Below are positions 52,901 through 64,000 of a stretch of 64,000 bases of DNA, in pieces. Under the pieces are notes generated by a model. That model saw only the letters and a program-made list of their open reading frames with translations. It had not been told where the DNA came from and did no database searches. A program made the position numbers and the translations under genes. Position 1 is the first letter of the stretch; each line of letters opens with the position of its first letter. Origin of the DNA: Euglena gracilis (Eukaryota); NCBI GenBank assembly GCA_039621445.1, contig CP154954.1, positions 43,503,847 to 43,567,846 of the forward strand. The letters run 5' to 3'.

Positions 52901-54935
52901 GTCCGGTTGGGAGGAGGGCGAGATGGCACCAAATTTTCTCCAAGTATGATTTGACGGTGGGATATATCCCGGGTAAAGAAAACACCATAGCCGATATCCT
53001 TAGTCGGTGGGCATACCCAGCTTCACAGGCCCTAAGGGACATAAGTAAGCACGGGTCAGCCGAAGACAAGGATGAAATGGAAAATTTTATCCGGGAGGAA
53101 AAAGAAGAGGAAAAACAGTGTTTGGAGATAAGAATCAAAAACCAGCCCAATTTACGTAATGCCTGGATACGGGGGGTGACCACCCGTAGTGGCAAAAACG
53201 TAACACCCGAGGAGGAAAAAGGAGAGTGCACAAGGAGGGGAACCGAGGGTGGGGTAGACCCAGGAGGAAAAGACACCCCTGTGGACACCCACTCACAAGG
53301 GCCCAGGAAAGAAAAGAAACGAGTTCATTTTTGGGATGAGAAAGTGGGGGGGGAGACGACCCCTGTCCCGGAGACGGCTGAAAGTTCGAGGGGGGACACT
53401 CGTATGGAAGTGGGGGACGCCCTGCCAAGTACGACCCCTAAGGATATTAAGCCCGTATGGGAGCGTGATTGGGGGGAAGCATATTCCCACTGCCCCACAT
53501 GGAAAGAAAAATGGGTAGCTACCAAAGGCGATTCAATTTGGCCAAAGGGTTTCAAATTGCTAAATGGTCAATTGTTTTTTGAAGAAAAGTTGTGTGTGCC
53601 TGAAAGTTTTCAACACTTGGTGATTCAAGAAATTCACGAGTTTTTGGGGCACGTTGGCCCTGAAAAAGTTTGGAAACACATGGCAATCCGTTTTGTTTGG
53701 GCTGATGAAAAGGCTGCAAAACAACTCAACCAAAGTTGCAGCAAAAATTGTTCCACATGCCAAGCGAGTGTGAGGGGGGAGATTTTGAAAGGACCGATCG
53801 AGTCCACACCCATACCCCCTGCATTAATGACAAGTGTTGCCATCGATTTATTTCGAATGCCAAGGGTTTTACACGATGGGGGGGAGTATGACACCCTAGC
53901 CCTTTGTGTGGATAGGCATTCGGGTTGGATTGTGGGGGTTGCATGCAAGGACAAGGGATTAACCGGTGCCAAGTTGGCTAAGGAAATGGTGAAAAATCAG
54001 TGGAGGCCTTTTGGGGTTCCTTCAGTCATTTCGAGTGACCAAGGGAGCCATTTTACAAGCACTTGGTGGAAAAACATGTGTGCACTTTTGGGGATTAGGC
54101 AAGCGTATTCCCAAGCGTACCACCACCAAGCAAACGGGAGGGTTGAGAGAGCCGGACAGCAGGTAATGGAGGTGTTGAGAAAATTGTACGTGGAGGAAAA
54201 AATTAATTGGGTTGAGGCTTTACCCCAGGTTTTGGACCGAATTCACGACGTAAAGGGGGAAAGCGGTTCAGCCCATATGAAATTGTGACTGGAAGGGAAA
54301 GACCATTGGCAGGGGTACCCTACCAACCACCCAAAGAATGTGAGGATTCGGTGGAGTTTTTCCATAGGATGCAAGACATTGATGGGAGGGTGGCTAGGAT
54401 ACTCAATAAAAAGCACGAGGAGGAGGTGGCAAGGATAAATAAGGGGAGGAAAGAAATGGAACCCCTAAAGGTGGGGACGACGGTTTGGTATAGGAGACCC
54501 GAGGGGTCGGGTGAGAAGCTTGACTCTAGGTGGGTGGGACCTGGGGTCGTGAAGGGAAGAGAGGGGGAACGGAGTTATGTAATCGAAATGAAACCTGGGG
54601 TAGAGACAAAAGCTCATAGGAGTTTTTTGAAGGAATATCGGGAACCCCAAGTTGAAGGTAAGGGGGTGCCTCTTTTTTATTATAAACGAACCGAAAAAGA
54701 AGAAGAGGCATTACCTGATGAGTGGGAGGTGGAGAAAATTCTAAGGCATCGGAAAGGAAAGGATGGAAAGTGGGAGTTTTTAACAAAGTGGGTCGGATAT
54801 GAAGACGGGGAGGAAACCTGGGAACCGGCTGGAAATTTCATTCACCGTTTCAGTGGGGAGTTTGTAAAGTATTGTCGTGAGAAAAAAGTGAAAATGGACA
54901 TAATGTCCGAACTAAAAATTGATGGTGGGCCGTAG
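52901..54935 (+). pseudogene. Gypsy RNase H end, integrase and chromodomain (frameshift near 54265)
   Basis: GPVGRRARWHQIFSKYD onward. Same protein as 48478-50463 but split into two ORFs. Confidence 0.92.
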
Positions 54936-55369
54936 GCTCTAAGGTGAGCCATAAGGCCCTGTCCAAGGCTCTACGGTGAGCCTGATGGGAAGGCAAAGTG
55001 CTGTTTTTAACCCAACACCAAAATTCAAAAACCGATTTTGCACGTCCGTGTGTGTGTTTGTGCGCACATGCGCACGGGTGTGTGAAAGAGAGAATGTACA
55101 GATGCAAGGATTTGCAAGGAGAATGGAGAAAGGTAAAAAAAAGGCCCCGCAAGGGGGCCGGGGCACCACAGTATATTCGCTGCACGTTCGCTATATTGCC
55201 GTCCGCTGTCTCCCTTCCCTCCCTCTACCTTACCCCGCTGCCCTTACACCTTACCCCACATTGCCGTCACGTCCCATATGGTGGTGTTGTAAGGAGTCCT
55301 TTTCAAAGCATCGGATATGTGGATGATGTGGTTGGGAGTCCATGGTCACATAATGAGCCCCCCTTTCGG

Positions 55370-55700
55370 TTTGACAAATATCCCCCCGGCCCGAGGAGGT
55401 GGGGGGGGGCGCTTGATTTTTTAAAAAAAACCCCGGCCCGAGGAGGGGGGGGGGCGTTTGATTTTTTTGACAAAAATCCCCCCGGCCCGAGGAGGGGGGG
55501 GGCGTTTGATTTTTGGACAAAAATCCCCCCGGCCCGAGGAGAGGGGGGGGCGCTTGATTTTTTTTTTGACAAAAATCCCCCGGCCCGAGGAGGGGGGGGG
55601 GGGCTTGACGAATTTGAACCAAAAAACCCCCCGACCCGAGGGGGGGGGCGCCAACCGAATTTTTACCAAAAATCCCCCGACCCGTTGGAAGGGGGGGGGC
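55370..55700 (+). repeat. Tandem repeat of about 58 bp (5-6 copies) in the Gypsy 3' non-coding region
   Basis: GACAAAAATCCCCCCGGCCCGAGGAGGGGGGG..TTGATTTT is repeated. The mirror copy is at about 47720-48045. Confidence 0.85.
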
Positions 55701-55978
55701 AGATCTTGGTGAAGACCCTCATTCCACCCGTGAGAAGCGGGGGGGGGGGGCAGCCAAATATCCATTGGTTGGTGAACCGAATCTTTCCCAAAGGCTTGAA
55801 GGCACTTGAAAGCCATAGTCCCTGAATTTTGTTTCCCGTTTGGTTGGTTCAAGAGAGCATGTGTGGGACATAGGCTTTGGGTGAAGGAGTGCCGATTGGA
55901 GGATTTCCCCCCCGTTGTTGAGGAACGGGGGGGGGGGGGCGAGTTTTTGGTGTCCGACTAAGGTCGCAAGGGAGGGGG

Positions 55979-56795
55979 TGTCGGCCGCCGGCTTTCGCCG
56001 GCAGCCAAAAATTGCCAGAAAGCGCAAATTTCAAAGTCGCGGGTAACAGCCAACCAGTTAAAAAAAACCGCGACTTAAATTGGAAGCGGGTCAAATTTCT
56101 AAGACCTTTCGAATTCTGTTTTTTCACAGAACTTGAGGGGTTTTCCCCATTATTTGGCAAAGAAGAAATACATTGAATTGGATTTGATCAATCACATTGT
56201 TGAATTGGAATTGGCAATTACATTGTTGGGCATTACATTGTTGGTTGAATTCATTGAAGGATTGGTTTGAAGGAGACCCTACAACACCGCCACCCCCACC
56301 GCCACTCCTATTCCCTATCCCCTCTTCTTTGCCCCAGGTTGTTTTTTTCATTACATTCAGTCACTCTCACAGATTTCCAACAGTGTGTTTGCTTCTCCAG
56401 TGGGTTGGGATTCATTTCAGATACAGTGGGTTGGTTTGTGGGTTGGTTTGTGCAAGAGAGTGTGAGAGAGAGAAAGAGAGAAAAGTGAGATTTCAGAGAG
56501 AAAAGTTCGATTTCATTGCAAATGGCAGATTTTTCGTTTTTCACAAAAATTTCGGAAAACTTTGAAAAAACGATCCTACGCGCCGGCTGGGGTTGGGGAA
56601 ATCACCTGGGAAAAATGGGGGTTGGCTTGAGCCCACCAATTCCCCGAGAAAGCACAGGCCCCACCCCGGAAACACCCACCCCCCTGCTGTCGGTGGTTAT
56701 CCACGACGGCGAGGACCCCCCCGGGCCCTCGGCCCACCGGGACTCGCCGGTCGCGGGGGCGACCGGCGGCGCACAGGGGGTGGGGCCGGTGAACA
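55979..56795 (+). repeat. 3' LTR
   Basis: Follows the PPT and matches 27184-28003. Confidence 0.93.
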
Positions 56796-58872
56796 CCACC
56801 TGGTACCCTGGTTTGTGTTGTCAAAACCAGAAGGGGAGGGGGTCAAGCATCGACTTATCACATATTGTCGAGATCTAAATCAATTCTGCTGTCCAGAAAA
56901 GTTCACTCTGGAAAACATGTCCACCATTTTCCCCACTCTGAAGAAAGGGGATTGGGCAGTCAGTCAAACTGGACTTGAAAGATGCGTACTTTCATCTGGG
57001 TCTGGAAATAGGTTTCAAAAAAATTGTCAGAATTCAGGTGTGCCCAGACCTGTGGGAGTTTCAGGGGGCATGTTTTGGCCTAAGCACCCCCCCAAAAATG
57101 TTCATGTCACTAATGAAAGTCCTACTAAAACTGTGGCGATCAAAGGGATTGCAGGTGTTCGTCCATTTGGACCACATCATTCTGTTTGGTTCAACAGAAA
57201 ATTCGGTCAAAAAGCATTTTTTAACAGTGCTGAAAACATTAGGGGAGGCTGGGTTCAAGGTCAGCGAGAAAAAGTATGTGTTTACTCCCACCCAAAGACT
57301 GCAACACTTGGGGTTCATAATCGATCTGGAAAAAGGTCAACTGGAGGTGGCCCCCACAAATTAAAAACCATCAGAAAGGAACTGGGCAAGGAGGTACTGG
57401 CCCAAAAATTGAGTTGCAGAAATATTTCAAGCATTCTGGGACAAATCAGAAGTTACTACTTCCCTGCTCTACCATTTTTGAGATTGGTAACCCAGGAGCT
57501 ATTAAAGTTCAGCCAGCTGCATCAGGAAATGGGCTGGGATTTTTGCATAGACATCCCAGAAAAACTGAAGGGGGAAATCAAAGTCCTAAAGGCATACCTG
57601 CAACCAGGTCTGGGCAGACCTTTTCTCCAACAGGCAAAAGGGTGCTCCATTCAGACTCCTCCACATGGGCATGGGGGGGAGTAGACTCCTCCCAAAATCG
57701 AATCGTCCAAAAATTTTGGAGGGAGAAAAGTTGTTTACATATAAATGTAAAAGAGCTGATGGCAGCAGTACAGACAGTAAAAGCCTTTGCTCAGCATGGA
57801 GAAACTGAGCTACTAAATGTAGACAATCAGGTGGCACTGAGTTATCTCACCAAGTGGGGTGGCAGAAAACAGCACCTCAATCAGATTCTGGAACCTCTGT
57901 TTCACTGGTGTTGGGAAAACCATGTCCAACTGCAGGTCCAGTGGTTTCCTTCATCAGAAATGTTGGCAGACCCCCTCACAAGATGGGAGCAGGACAGGGG
58001 GGATTATACCCTGTGCCCAGACCTGTTCACCTAAATCCTGCAGTTTTTCAGAACAGACATTACTCCAGACACAGGCATGTTTGCACCTCCAGGAAATGCA
58101 AAATTCCAAAACTTTGTGGCCAGATGGCCCCACCACCAAGCTTCTCTGGTGGATGCATTGAAATGCGACCTGTCTTCAGTCAGAGATGCTTATGCCAACC
58201 CCCCCCCTGGAAGGTGATTTTTCCTTGGCTCATCAGACTGAGACTGAACAAGCAGGTAAAATTCCTTTTGGTGACATCCATGTGGTTTTCGAGTCCATGG
58301 TGGCCCCTATTAATCAAAATGTAAAAACCAGGGACAGGAATGTTGGTCATACCCCCCAGGGAGGGAATGTTCAGGAATCGTTGGGGGCAATCAATGCCAA
58401 GGCCAAAATGGCCCCTGGCCTGCACAGTGGTATCAGGTTCCTTTTGGAACAGCAAAAAGTGCCACATCAAGACATTGACAATGTCCTGAGGACTTTGGGA
58501 CCCCTGAAGCGTTATGACAGTGCATTCAGAAAACTGTTTGTTATTTTGCAACAGACAGGATTGGAGCCCTTGCAAGTCTCCAAGACGGAGCTGGCCACTG
58601 CCCTGTTGGACCTTACACAAACTTTCACAGTCTGATGCTCGATGTGCGTATGCCTCTCTCCAAAATTTACCTGGGTTGGAGTCCATTCGGTTTCACCCTT
58701 TACTTACAAAAGTGAAAAAGGGATGGAATCGTTCAGTTCAGAGGTATGCTGCTGTTTGGGACCCATTACCCATTTTGAAAAAATCGCAGAGCACAGAAAT
58801 GATTTCTGAGATGTCCCTTCCGGAGCTGAGGTGGAGAATAATTCTGTCTTTCAGACTTTTGGCACTGCACAG
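56796..58872 (+). pseudogene. DIRS-B 3' part: RT, RNase H, adenine-MT-like domain and truncated tyrosine recombinase
   Basis: HLVPWFVLSK, LKDAYFH, HLDH (in place of YLDD), HINVKEL..VDN..LADPLTR, FVARWP..DAL..YANPP. The YR N-terminus ends at LALHR. Confidence 0.88.
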
Positions 58873-59829
58873 GGTGTAAAGATTGCCCCTCCTGAGGTCC
58901 CTGTTTGGGGACCCCCGGTGACTGGGGAGGTCGGCACCAACCCACGCATCCCTTCGGGGGTGGCCACCGACGGGTTCTCTTTTTGTGATCAAATTTTTTG
59001 GGTCAAAAAATGTACCAAAAAAACAGAAGTGCTCACTCGGTTTGAGCCTTGAAAACCTTGAAAAATGCCATGCAATCGGGGTTTGTTTTTAAACCAGGGG
59101 ATCCCCCACCCACCCACCCACTCTTGCCCCCCCCCAGGGGAGTCCCAGGGGACCCACTCAGTTTTTCTCCGAAAAAGGCCAAAAAATCATAAAAAATGGC
59201 ACTTTTTTCAAACATTTTCGGCGCTGAAAAGTATAACTCACTCCCCCCCTGGAAGGACCCCCCCCCGGGGGGCGCCCTGCCCCCCACCGGGGGTCCACGA
59301 CTAAAGAAATATCCTCCATGCAACCCTCCCAACCAAAAAGATCCGGCCATTTCCATTTTGGCCTGGGCACAGGAGGGGGGCGGGGGGGGGGCTGGCTGGG
59401 TAATCCTATGAGGGATGAGTTTGCTTCCGGTAGTGAATACAGAAACGGGGGAACCTTCCCTCAAGAGCCAACCCCCAATTCTACCCCAGAACGTTTGTTG
59501 GGAAATCTCAAACCAAACGCTGTTATTGGGTGTCGAGGGTTCTATTTAATTGTTTGCATCTCTTGTGCGATTTTTTGTAGTCCGACAGTTGTTATCCCAA
59601 AAAAAAAAACACTGACCAATTCTCTTCCTTTTTGTACCAAACTCGGCAAAGAATCCTCATTTGAAAAACCAAAAATGCAAACTAAAAAAAAAACCAGATA
59701 AAAACTCAACCCTCCAAGGAAAACCCAGCCAGGGCTTCCAACCCTCCCTCTGTGGGTTTGCCATCCCCAGAGGGATGGCAAACCCCAGTCTGCTTCCCTC
59801 CAGGGAATTCCTTGAGCGTCCCCCCTCAC

Positions 59830-62800
59830 CGGAGGAGGTCAGCTGAAGAAATTCCCTGCACCACGCCCATGGGCACCAGGTGCCACCCCCGGGCTTGGGC
59901 TTTGGCTGGCGCCAAGGATTGTAAAAAAAACACACAGCAACAGTTCGCTAAAGAAGAATAAAATTTTCCCAATAATATTTCATACAAACACATGCATGCA
60001 CACATCTTTGTGCAGACAACGTATTATCCGGATAAAACTGCACAAAACAAAAAACGACGTAATGACTTTGAGGTAAAAATGCCAAGTTTGGAAAAATTGA
60101 TGATGGTAAAATTCAATATACCTCCCCCCCCTTGTCTAAGCACCGGAAAAGATGGGTAAGAACCGGGGGGGTGCTTATTTTGCCAAAATATGGGTAAGAA
60201 CCATGGGGGTGGTGCTTAGACAAGGGGAAAAAATTTGACAGCAAAAAAAAAACCGGCGCTTCGCACCGAAAAGAGAAAATTCCCCTTATTTTGGAGGTCC
60301 ACTGTTGAACTTACACACATTTGGATGCAGAAATCAACAATACCTCACCAAATCAGGTCCCAGAAGTTGCAGAAATTTCGAAATCTTTGAAAAATTTCCC
60401 TTAAAAATGCACACAACATAAACTTCTCCTTGACGATGACCTTTAAAAAGATGGGTAAGAACCGGGGGGGGGGTGCTTAGACAAGGGTGGTGCTTAGACA
60501 AGGGGGCGGGGAGGTAATGCAGATGGCGAGGGACCGATAACAAGTTGAAATTGGGGTGCCTCGCCCCAACTCCTGTACCCCCACCCCAAATTGACAGACC
60601 TGGGCCTTCCCTTTCCAATCATTGAATCCAACATCCAAAATGAGACTGCTCCATTTGAAATAAAACTTTGAAAATTTGTCCTGGCCAAACAAAGATGGGT
60701 CACAATATCATGTTGTGCGAACATGCACAGAAAAATGCACACGAACACCATTTACCACCCTTGGGCATCCGACGATGGCGATTTTCTTGCTCACGTTTTT
60801 CACCGCACCTTGTTCTTCAGCTTCCTCCACGCGCGGCGGAGGGCGTTCGGTCATGTGCAGGGAACAGCACTGGGGCTGTGCTGCATAGGGGTGGGGCATT
60901 TGATCGATTGATTGCGTCTCCGACAGCCCAAAAAAAAACACGCCTGTTTGATTTCAAAACATACCCACACCAAACAATCAAATTGACAACGTTCCGAGAA
61001 AAAAAACAGCAGACTGCTCAGGGGTGGGTGGGGGGACATGTGAACAAAGGTGTCAAAAGATGCATTAGATACGAGGTTTGGGGGGGAGCTCAATAAAAAT
61101 GAATTTGTGTTCTTTTTTTTGAAGGGAGGGCCCCAGGGAGGTTCCGGGGGACTCACTCAATTTTCCACCAAAGGTGGTTAAAAATCGCGAAAATTGCTAA
61201 AAATAGCAACTTTTTCAAAAATTTTCGGCACTGAAAAAAAATCCCACCACCCGGGGGGGGGGGCTCGGCTTTACCCCCCCAGGGGGGGTCCCCCTGCTCA
61301 AAAATCCTGCCATGGGGGTCCTGGTTGGCTGCACCATCCCCTGGGGGCACTGGCCTGGGGGTCCTGGGAGGGGGGCTCGGGGGGGGGAGGGCGACTATCG
61401 GGGTTAATTTTGGGGTCCAAAAAAACGCACTAAAGAATAAAACAAAATCTGGTGGGATACCCACTCAGCCCCCGGGGAGGAGGTTTGGCCCCCCCGGCAT
61501 CATGAAACTTAAAAAACCTCTGAACTCACGAACGTTGAGCACTGAACCCTGGCTGCGCTGCAGCATCGGCAGGCGGCACAGCGGGCTCCACCGGTGGCAG
61601 CGCTCCAGGCTGCGCCGGCGGTGCGGCAGGCGGTGCGGCGGCAAGCCACTGCCCTTGATGGGAGGGATGGGGCGGCCTGGGTGTCCCATGTCCCCAGCTG
61701 TAGCTGAACACAAACCCTGAGTTCCTTCGAAGCCACCCCAGCGCTGAAGGAGGGTCAGGAAGGGTCAGGAGAGGGTGGTGCTGGGGTGGGGGGGTTAGGC
61801 AACGGCCTGCACGGCAGAGGGGTTGCCGTGCCCGAGGGCTTCGCGAAACCAGGCGACGACGCCAGGCGGTGGGGGCGGCTGCCGGTCCCGCCAGACTTGT
61901 AGGGGGCTGCGGGTGTTGATGAAGGGGGCGGGGGCTTGGCAGCAGGCTTTTTCCCTTTGAAGTTGCACATGTGCCTTGTGTACGTGGGGGAGAAAATTCT
62001 TACTGAAAGATCGGCGCCCCGGAAATACCACAAGGCTTGTGAGGGGCGGACCCCACCCTGCCCTGGACGGGGGTGAGGGTGGTCAGGGATCCCTTCCCCT
62101 TCCCTTTGGGGATTCTTTTCAGCCTTGTCCATGTGTTACGGGGTGGTGTCGGTGAAGTTTGGAATTCTTGGGAAACCATAGGAACACTTTGGGGAGGAGG
62201 GAGAGTCACGGCACACCCTGACCAGGGGTTTTTTTTTAAGGCCGGGAGCCCCCCCCCCCCGGGAACCACTCAATATTCCCAGAAAATGGCCAAAAATCGC
62301 GAAAAATGCCAAAATAGCACCCTTTTCAAAAATTTTCGCTGCCGAAAGGTACAACTCACCAGCCCCTGGGGGGACCCCCGCCGGGGGGTGTTCAGTGGGA
62401 CCCACCCACCCTCCCCCCCCCAGGGGTCCGGAACCAAAAAAACCTCTGACGCTCCTAAAGAAGGGACAAAAAAAGAAAGAAGGAAGAAAGGAAGCCTGGG
62501 TGCAGGACCAGGGCATGTAGGCCCAGGTCCCCCAGGCCGCCCACCGTGATGGCGACCAGGTGGGCCAGCCGCACGCCGTAGTAGGCGGCGTTGTGCCGCC
62601 ACGCCCGGTCTCACTGGCGGATGGCCGGGGGGGGGGGGGCAGGGAGGGGGCCACACTCCAGCTTCTTTCTACCAACCCCCAGGGCGGTGCCTTGTGCTGT
62701 GGAGTGCCTGCCCACAGCAGGGACCCCCGGGGGGGGGGGGTCGGCCCCTGGTGCCTTCCACCCAACCAACCCAGCCATTTTCAGACCCCCCAGCACCGCA

Positions 62801-63052
62801 TATGCTGCAGCACCATCCACCCCAAAACTTGACCCCTTCCAGGTGGGGATAAAAAAAAATGCCCTCCAGCCCCCCCCCCCAAAACACCGAGAGGGGGAGA
62901 GGGGGGAAGTGCGGTGTTGCTCTCCTCAATAAGAAGCTGGTGGGGGTTTTTGAGGCAGGACGTGGCCCACCATAGCCGTTGCCTTCGATGAGGGGGCGGA
63001 GGCGGGCAGCGGTGGTGTGGACGAGAGCGGCAACGGCTAGCGGCGGGGGCCC
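59830..63052 (-). CDS. Partial multi-exon gene, unknown product
   Basis: Exons 63052-62971, 62609-62502, 61937-61813, 61648-61555, 60852-60809 and 59905-59830 join in one frame (..EGNGYDRAWRHNAAYYGVRLAHL..VLQAPAPFINT..NPSAWLAAAPP..AARPNALRRAWRKLKNKPKPKPGG..). Start and end were not found. Confidence 0.6.
60121..60514. mobile_element. MITE with TA TSD
   Basis: TA|CCTCCCCCCCCTTGTCTAAGCACC ... GGTGCTTAGACAAGGGGGCGGGGAGG|TA. Confidence 0.8.
60853..61554 (-). other. Non-conventional intron
   Basis: Starts AGC-CAGGGTTCAGTGC and ends GTGCTGTTCCCTG-CACAT, complementary. The join GCG C|GA CCG is in frame. Confidence 0.7.
61938..62501 (-). other. Non-conventional intron
   Basis: Starts ACC-CAGGCTTCC and ends GGGAAAAAGCCTG-CTGCC. 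The join CTG C|AA GCC is in frame. Confidence 0.7.
62223..62448. mobile_element. CAG..CTG-ended MITE inside an intron
   Basis: TIRs are CAGGGGTTTTTTT and AAAAAAACCTCTG. The 8-bp flanks match at only 4 of 8 positions. A related element lies at about 59077-59345. Confidence 0.55.
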
Positions 63053-63565
63053 CTTTGACAAGAGGGGGGTGATGCAGCCTTTTTGTTTCAACAGATGCTG
63101 AGTGTCTCGGAAATTGTGAGAAAATGACCTGAGCGTCGGAACACCCCCCCCCTCCGTTCCGTCTCTCACCTGGGAATTGAATGTTCCTTTGAAAATTGGC
63201 AATCGATCACTCAAATTGCAGGTGACCCCCCAAAAAGCATCCACCAAAACCAAATGAAAATTACTCTGGCTGCCTCTGTAACACACCCCAGGGAAATTGA
63301 TGGACAGACAGCGGAAACTTAAATGGACAGGTGCAAAACATCGCCAAATCTGAATCATGTCCAAAAGAGGAGTAGGCCAAGAGGGAGTGCCAACGAGATG
63401 GGGTGTGGGCAGGGTGCGACATAAAAGGCAGGTGGGGGGATGACAACCCACAGGTGTCATCCAGGTGGAGAGAAAGACACCCGCCCAAGGACCCCTGCCC
63501 CATGAAAGCCCCCACCCCAGGGTCGGTTCGGACCCTCCAGTCCATGGGGAACCTCACTGAACACC

Positions 63566-63658
63566 CCCGGGCCGGAAATTGGCGTCCGGCCCGGGACGGT
63601 GAGAGGCACCGGCCCCTCCTGTGGCATCGAACACGACCCGTAAAACAAAGAGCCCACA
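63566..63658 (+). repeat. Fragment of the TRIM LTR 3' end
   Basis: Matches the reverse complement of 43202-43294 and ends GAGCCCACA, with no PBS. Confidence 0.8.
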
Positions 63659-64000
63659 GGGGGCCCCCCTTCCCTGGAGGAGGGGGATGCCCCGCCCCCC
63701 CCCCCGTGGAGGGGGTCGGGGTACCCCCCCCCTGGCTGGGCTGCTGGACGAAAAAATTAACCGGTTCCAGGGTTTGCTGCAAGTGGCAGGGGGAAGCACA
63801 CAGACCCAGGGGCAACACCTCATATGGTTACTCGGCCAGCAGATATAAAACGAGCAGGTGCTTCAAGGATTGCAGATGCGGATTCAGGGGGTCGAACAGA
63901 CAACGGCTGGGTTGGCTGAAAGTCAACGGGAGATGAAATCACGGGGGACAGAAACAGAACGCCAGGTTGGGACACTGGCAGGCAACTGTGACGAGACGCT

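Larger units (their letters stand above)
27184..56795 (+). mobile_element. Ty3/Gypsy LTR retrotransposon with chromodomain integrase and DNA methyltransferase cargo, interrupted by a 17.7-kb insert (about 35190-52900)
   Basis: Near-identical TG..CA LTRs at 27184-28003 and 55979-56795. TSD is CCAC (27180-27183 and 56796-56799). PBS-like TGGTTAGCAGA at 28004 and PPT AAGGGAGGGGG at 55968-55978. Domain order is RT-RH-IN. Confidence 0.93.

Noticed and set aside
55370-55700. CRISPR-like array (also the GCAGCTCTGGC repeats at 37240-37450)
   Set aside because: There are no unique spacers and no cas genes; these are simple tandem repeats.
61690-61812. Additional non-conventional intron on the minus strand (GTG-CAG...CTG-GGGAC)
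   Set aside because: It fits the geometry, but the GT-AG intron 61812-61649 keeps the downstream exons in one frame, so it was not counted. cDNA is needed to decide.

Overview
This is eukaryotic nuclear DNA, most likely from a euglenid (inferred from the intron type). It holds three intron-rich host genes: a complete Cfd1/NUBP2-type cytosolic Fe-S scaffold gene (+, 1001-7171), an Oma1-like M48 metallopeptidase gene (+, about 8053-15834) and a partial gene of unknown function (-, about 59830-63052). These genes mix GT-AG introns with at least seven non-GT-AG introns that share one geometry: CAG-like at +4..+6, CTG at -8..-6, base-paired ends. About 20.9-58.9 kb is a nest of transposons. A DIRS element is interrupted in gag by a second, structurally complete DIRS, and in RT by a chromodomain Ty3/Gypsy element (about 820-bp LTRs, CCAC TSD). 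That Gypsy element carries a fused C5-cytosine plus N6-adenine DNA methyltransferase ORF. It is itself split by a 17.7-kb insert containing a 1.49-kb tandem array, a TRIM whose LTRs contain a tRNA-like A/B-box segment, and one arm of a 7-kb inverted duplication. The best leads are the dual-methyltransferase retrotransposon, sequence evidence linking the non-conventional introns to hAT-type MITEs with 8-bp TSDs, and the TRIM with tRNA-like LTRs. All calls come from reading the sequence by eye; no searches were run.
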